This document shows, one piece after another, positions 37,189-37,306 of a stretch of 37,306 nt of DNA. The DNA is from Flavipsychrobacter sp. (GTDB taxonomy: Bacteria; Bacteroidota; Bacteroidia; Chitinophagales; Chitinophagaceae): the NCBI GenBank assembly GCA_017849575.1, contig JAFIGV010000023.1:1-37306 (forward strand), read 5' to 3'. The stretch's first letter is position 1; every line of letters begins with the position of its first letter. The position numbers and the translations under genes were made by a program. Under the pieces are notes generated by a model, which saw only the letters and a program-made list of their open reading frames with translations, ran no database searches and was not told where the DNA came from.

Positions 37189-37306
37189 ATGAAAAAGATC
37201 ATCATCGCAGCAACAGCCATCCTCGGTTTCGCATCAGCAGCCACCGCACAGATCAACAGCAACAATGCATCGGGTACCGCCCAGCAAACCGTGCAACTGG
37301 CCCTGA
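37189..37306 (+). CDS. 5' end of a secreted protein gene (signal peptide MKKIIIAATAILGFASAATAQ), truncated by the window end
   Basis: The ORF runs off the window. The N-terminus is signal-peptide-like and follows the A/C-rich leader. Confidence 0.5.
   Translation, partial: MKKIIIAATAILGFASAATAQINSNNASGTAQQTVQLAL

Noticed and set aside
1-37306. CRISPR arrays, rRNA genes, and obvious defence cassettes (RM, CBASS, retron, toxin-antitoxin pairs)
   Set aside because: There are no short regularly spaced direct repeats. No Cas, RT, nuclease or cyclase-like ORFs are present. The only repeat structures are the A and B families, which lack uniform spacers.

Overview
This 37.3 kb window is a chromosomal segment of a Bacteroidota genome, probably of the Chitinophagia/Sphingobacteriia type. 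The phylum is inferred from T9SS C-terminal sorting domains, lipoprotein signal boxes, TAnnTTTG-type -7 promoter boxes, A-rich leaders without Shine-Dalgarno sequences, and roughly 50% GC.

The left 2.7 kb is AT-richer and looks like a mobile-element scar. It lies immediately downstream of a tRNA-Arg gene (2730-2801, minus strand) and its terminator. It holds two families of hairpin-rich direct repeats: family A (about 145 bp, at 54-197 and 2505-2649, plus a diverged partial tandem copy at 1-53) and family B (98 bp, at 397-494 and 1978-2075). It also holds a 183-aa HuH Y1 transposase of the IS200/RAYT type, a low-GC lipoprotein gene with its own terminator, and an orphan fragment of an RHS core domain that is cut off by repeats on both sides and has no toxin domain.

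The remaining 34 kb is mostly ordinary core and accessory genes: a hypothetical membrane protein, a minimal T9SS substrate that is almost only a C-terminal domain, a flavin reductase, an MlaD/MCE protein, a small lmo0937-family membrane protein missed by the ORF track, a 973-aa BNR/Asp-box beta-propeller T9SS cargo protein, pdxH, chrA, an acyltransferase-3, an SCO1/SenC protein, a PNPOx-like general stress protein, an LLM-class flavin oxidoreductase, lepA, a pbpC (PBP1C) plus alpha-2-macroglobulin operon with an intact CxEQ thioester, a 2017-aa multi-domain T9SS protein (beta-helix, about five Ig-like repeats, three GEVED-type modules, a MAM domain, CTD), a flotillin/SPFH protein, a VOC-family protein and secreted hypotheticals.

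No CRISPR array, rRNA or obvious defence cassette is visible. The most unusual content is the structured repeat and RAYT region beside the tRNA.
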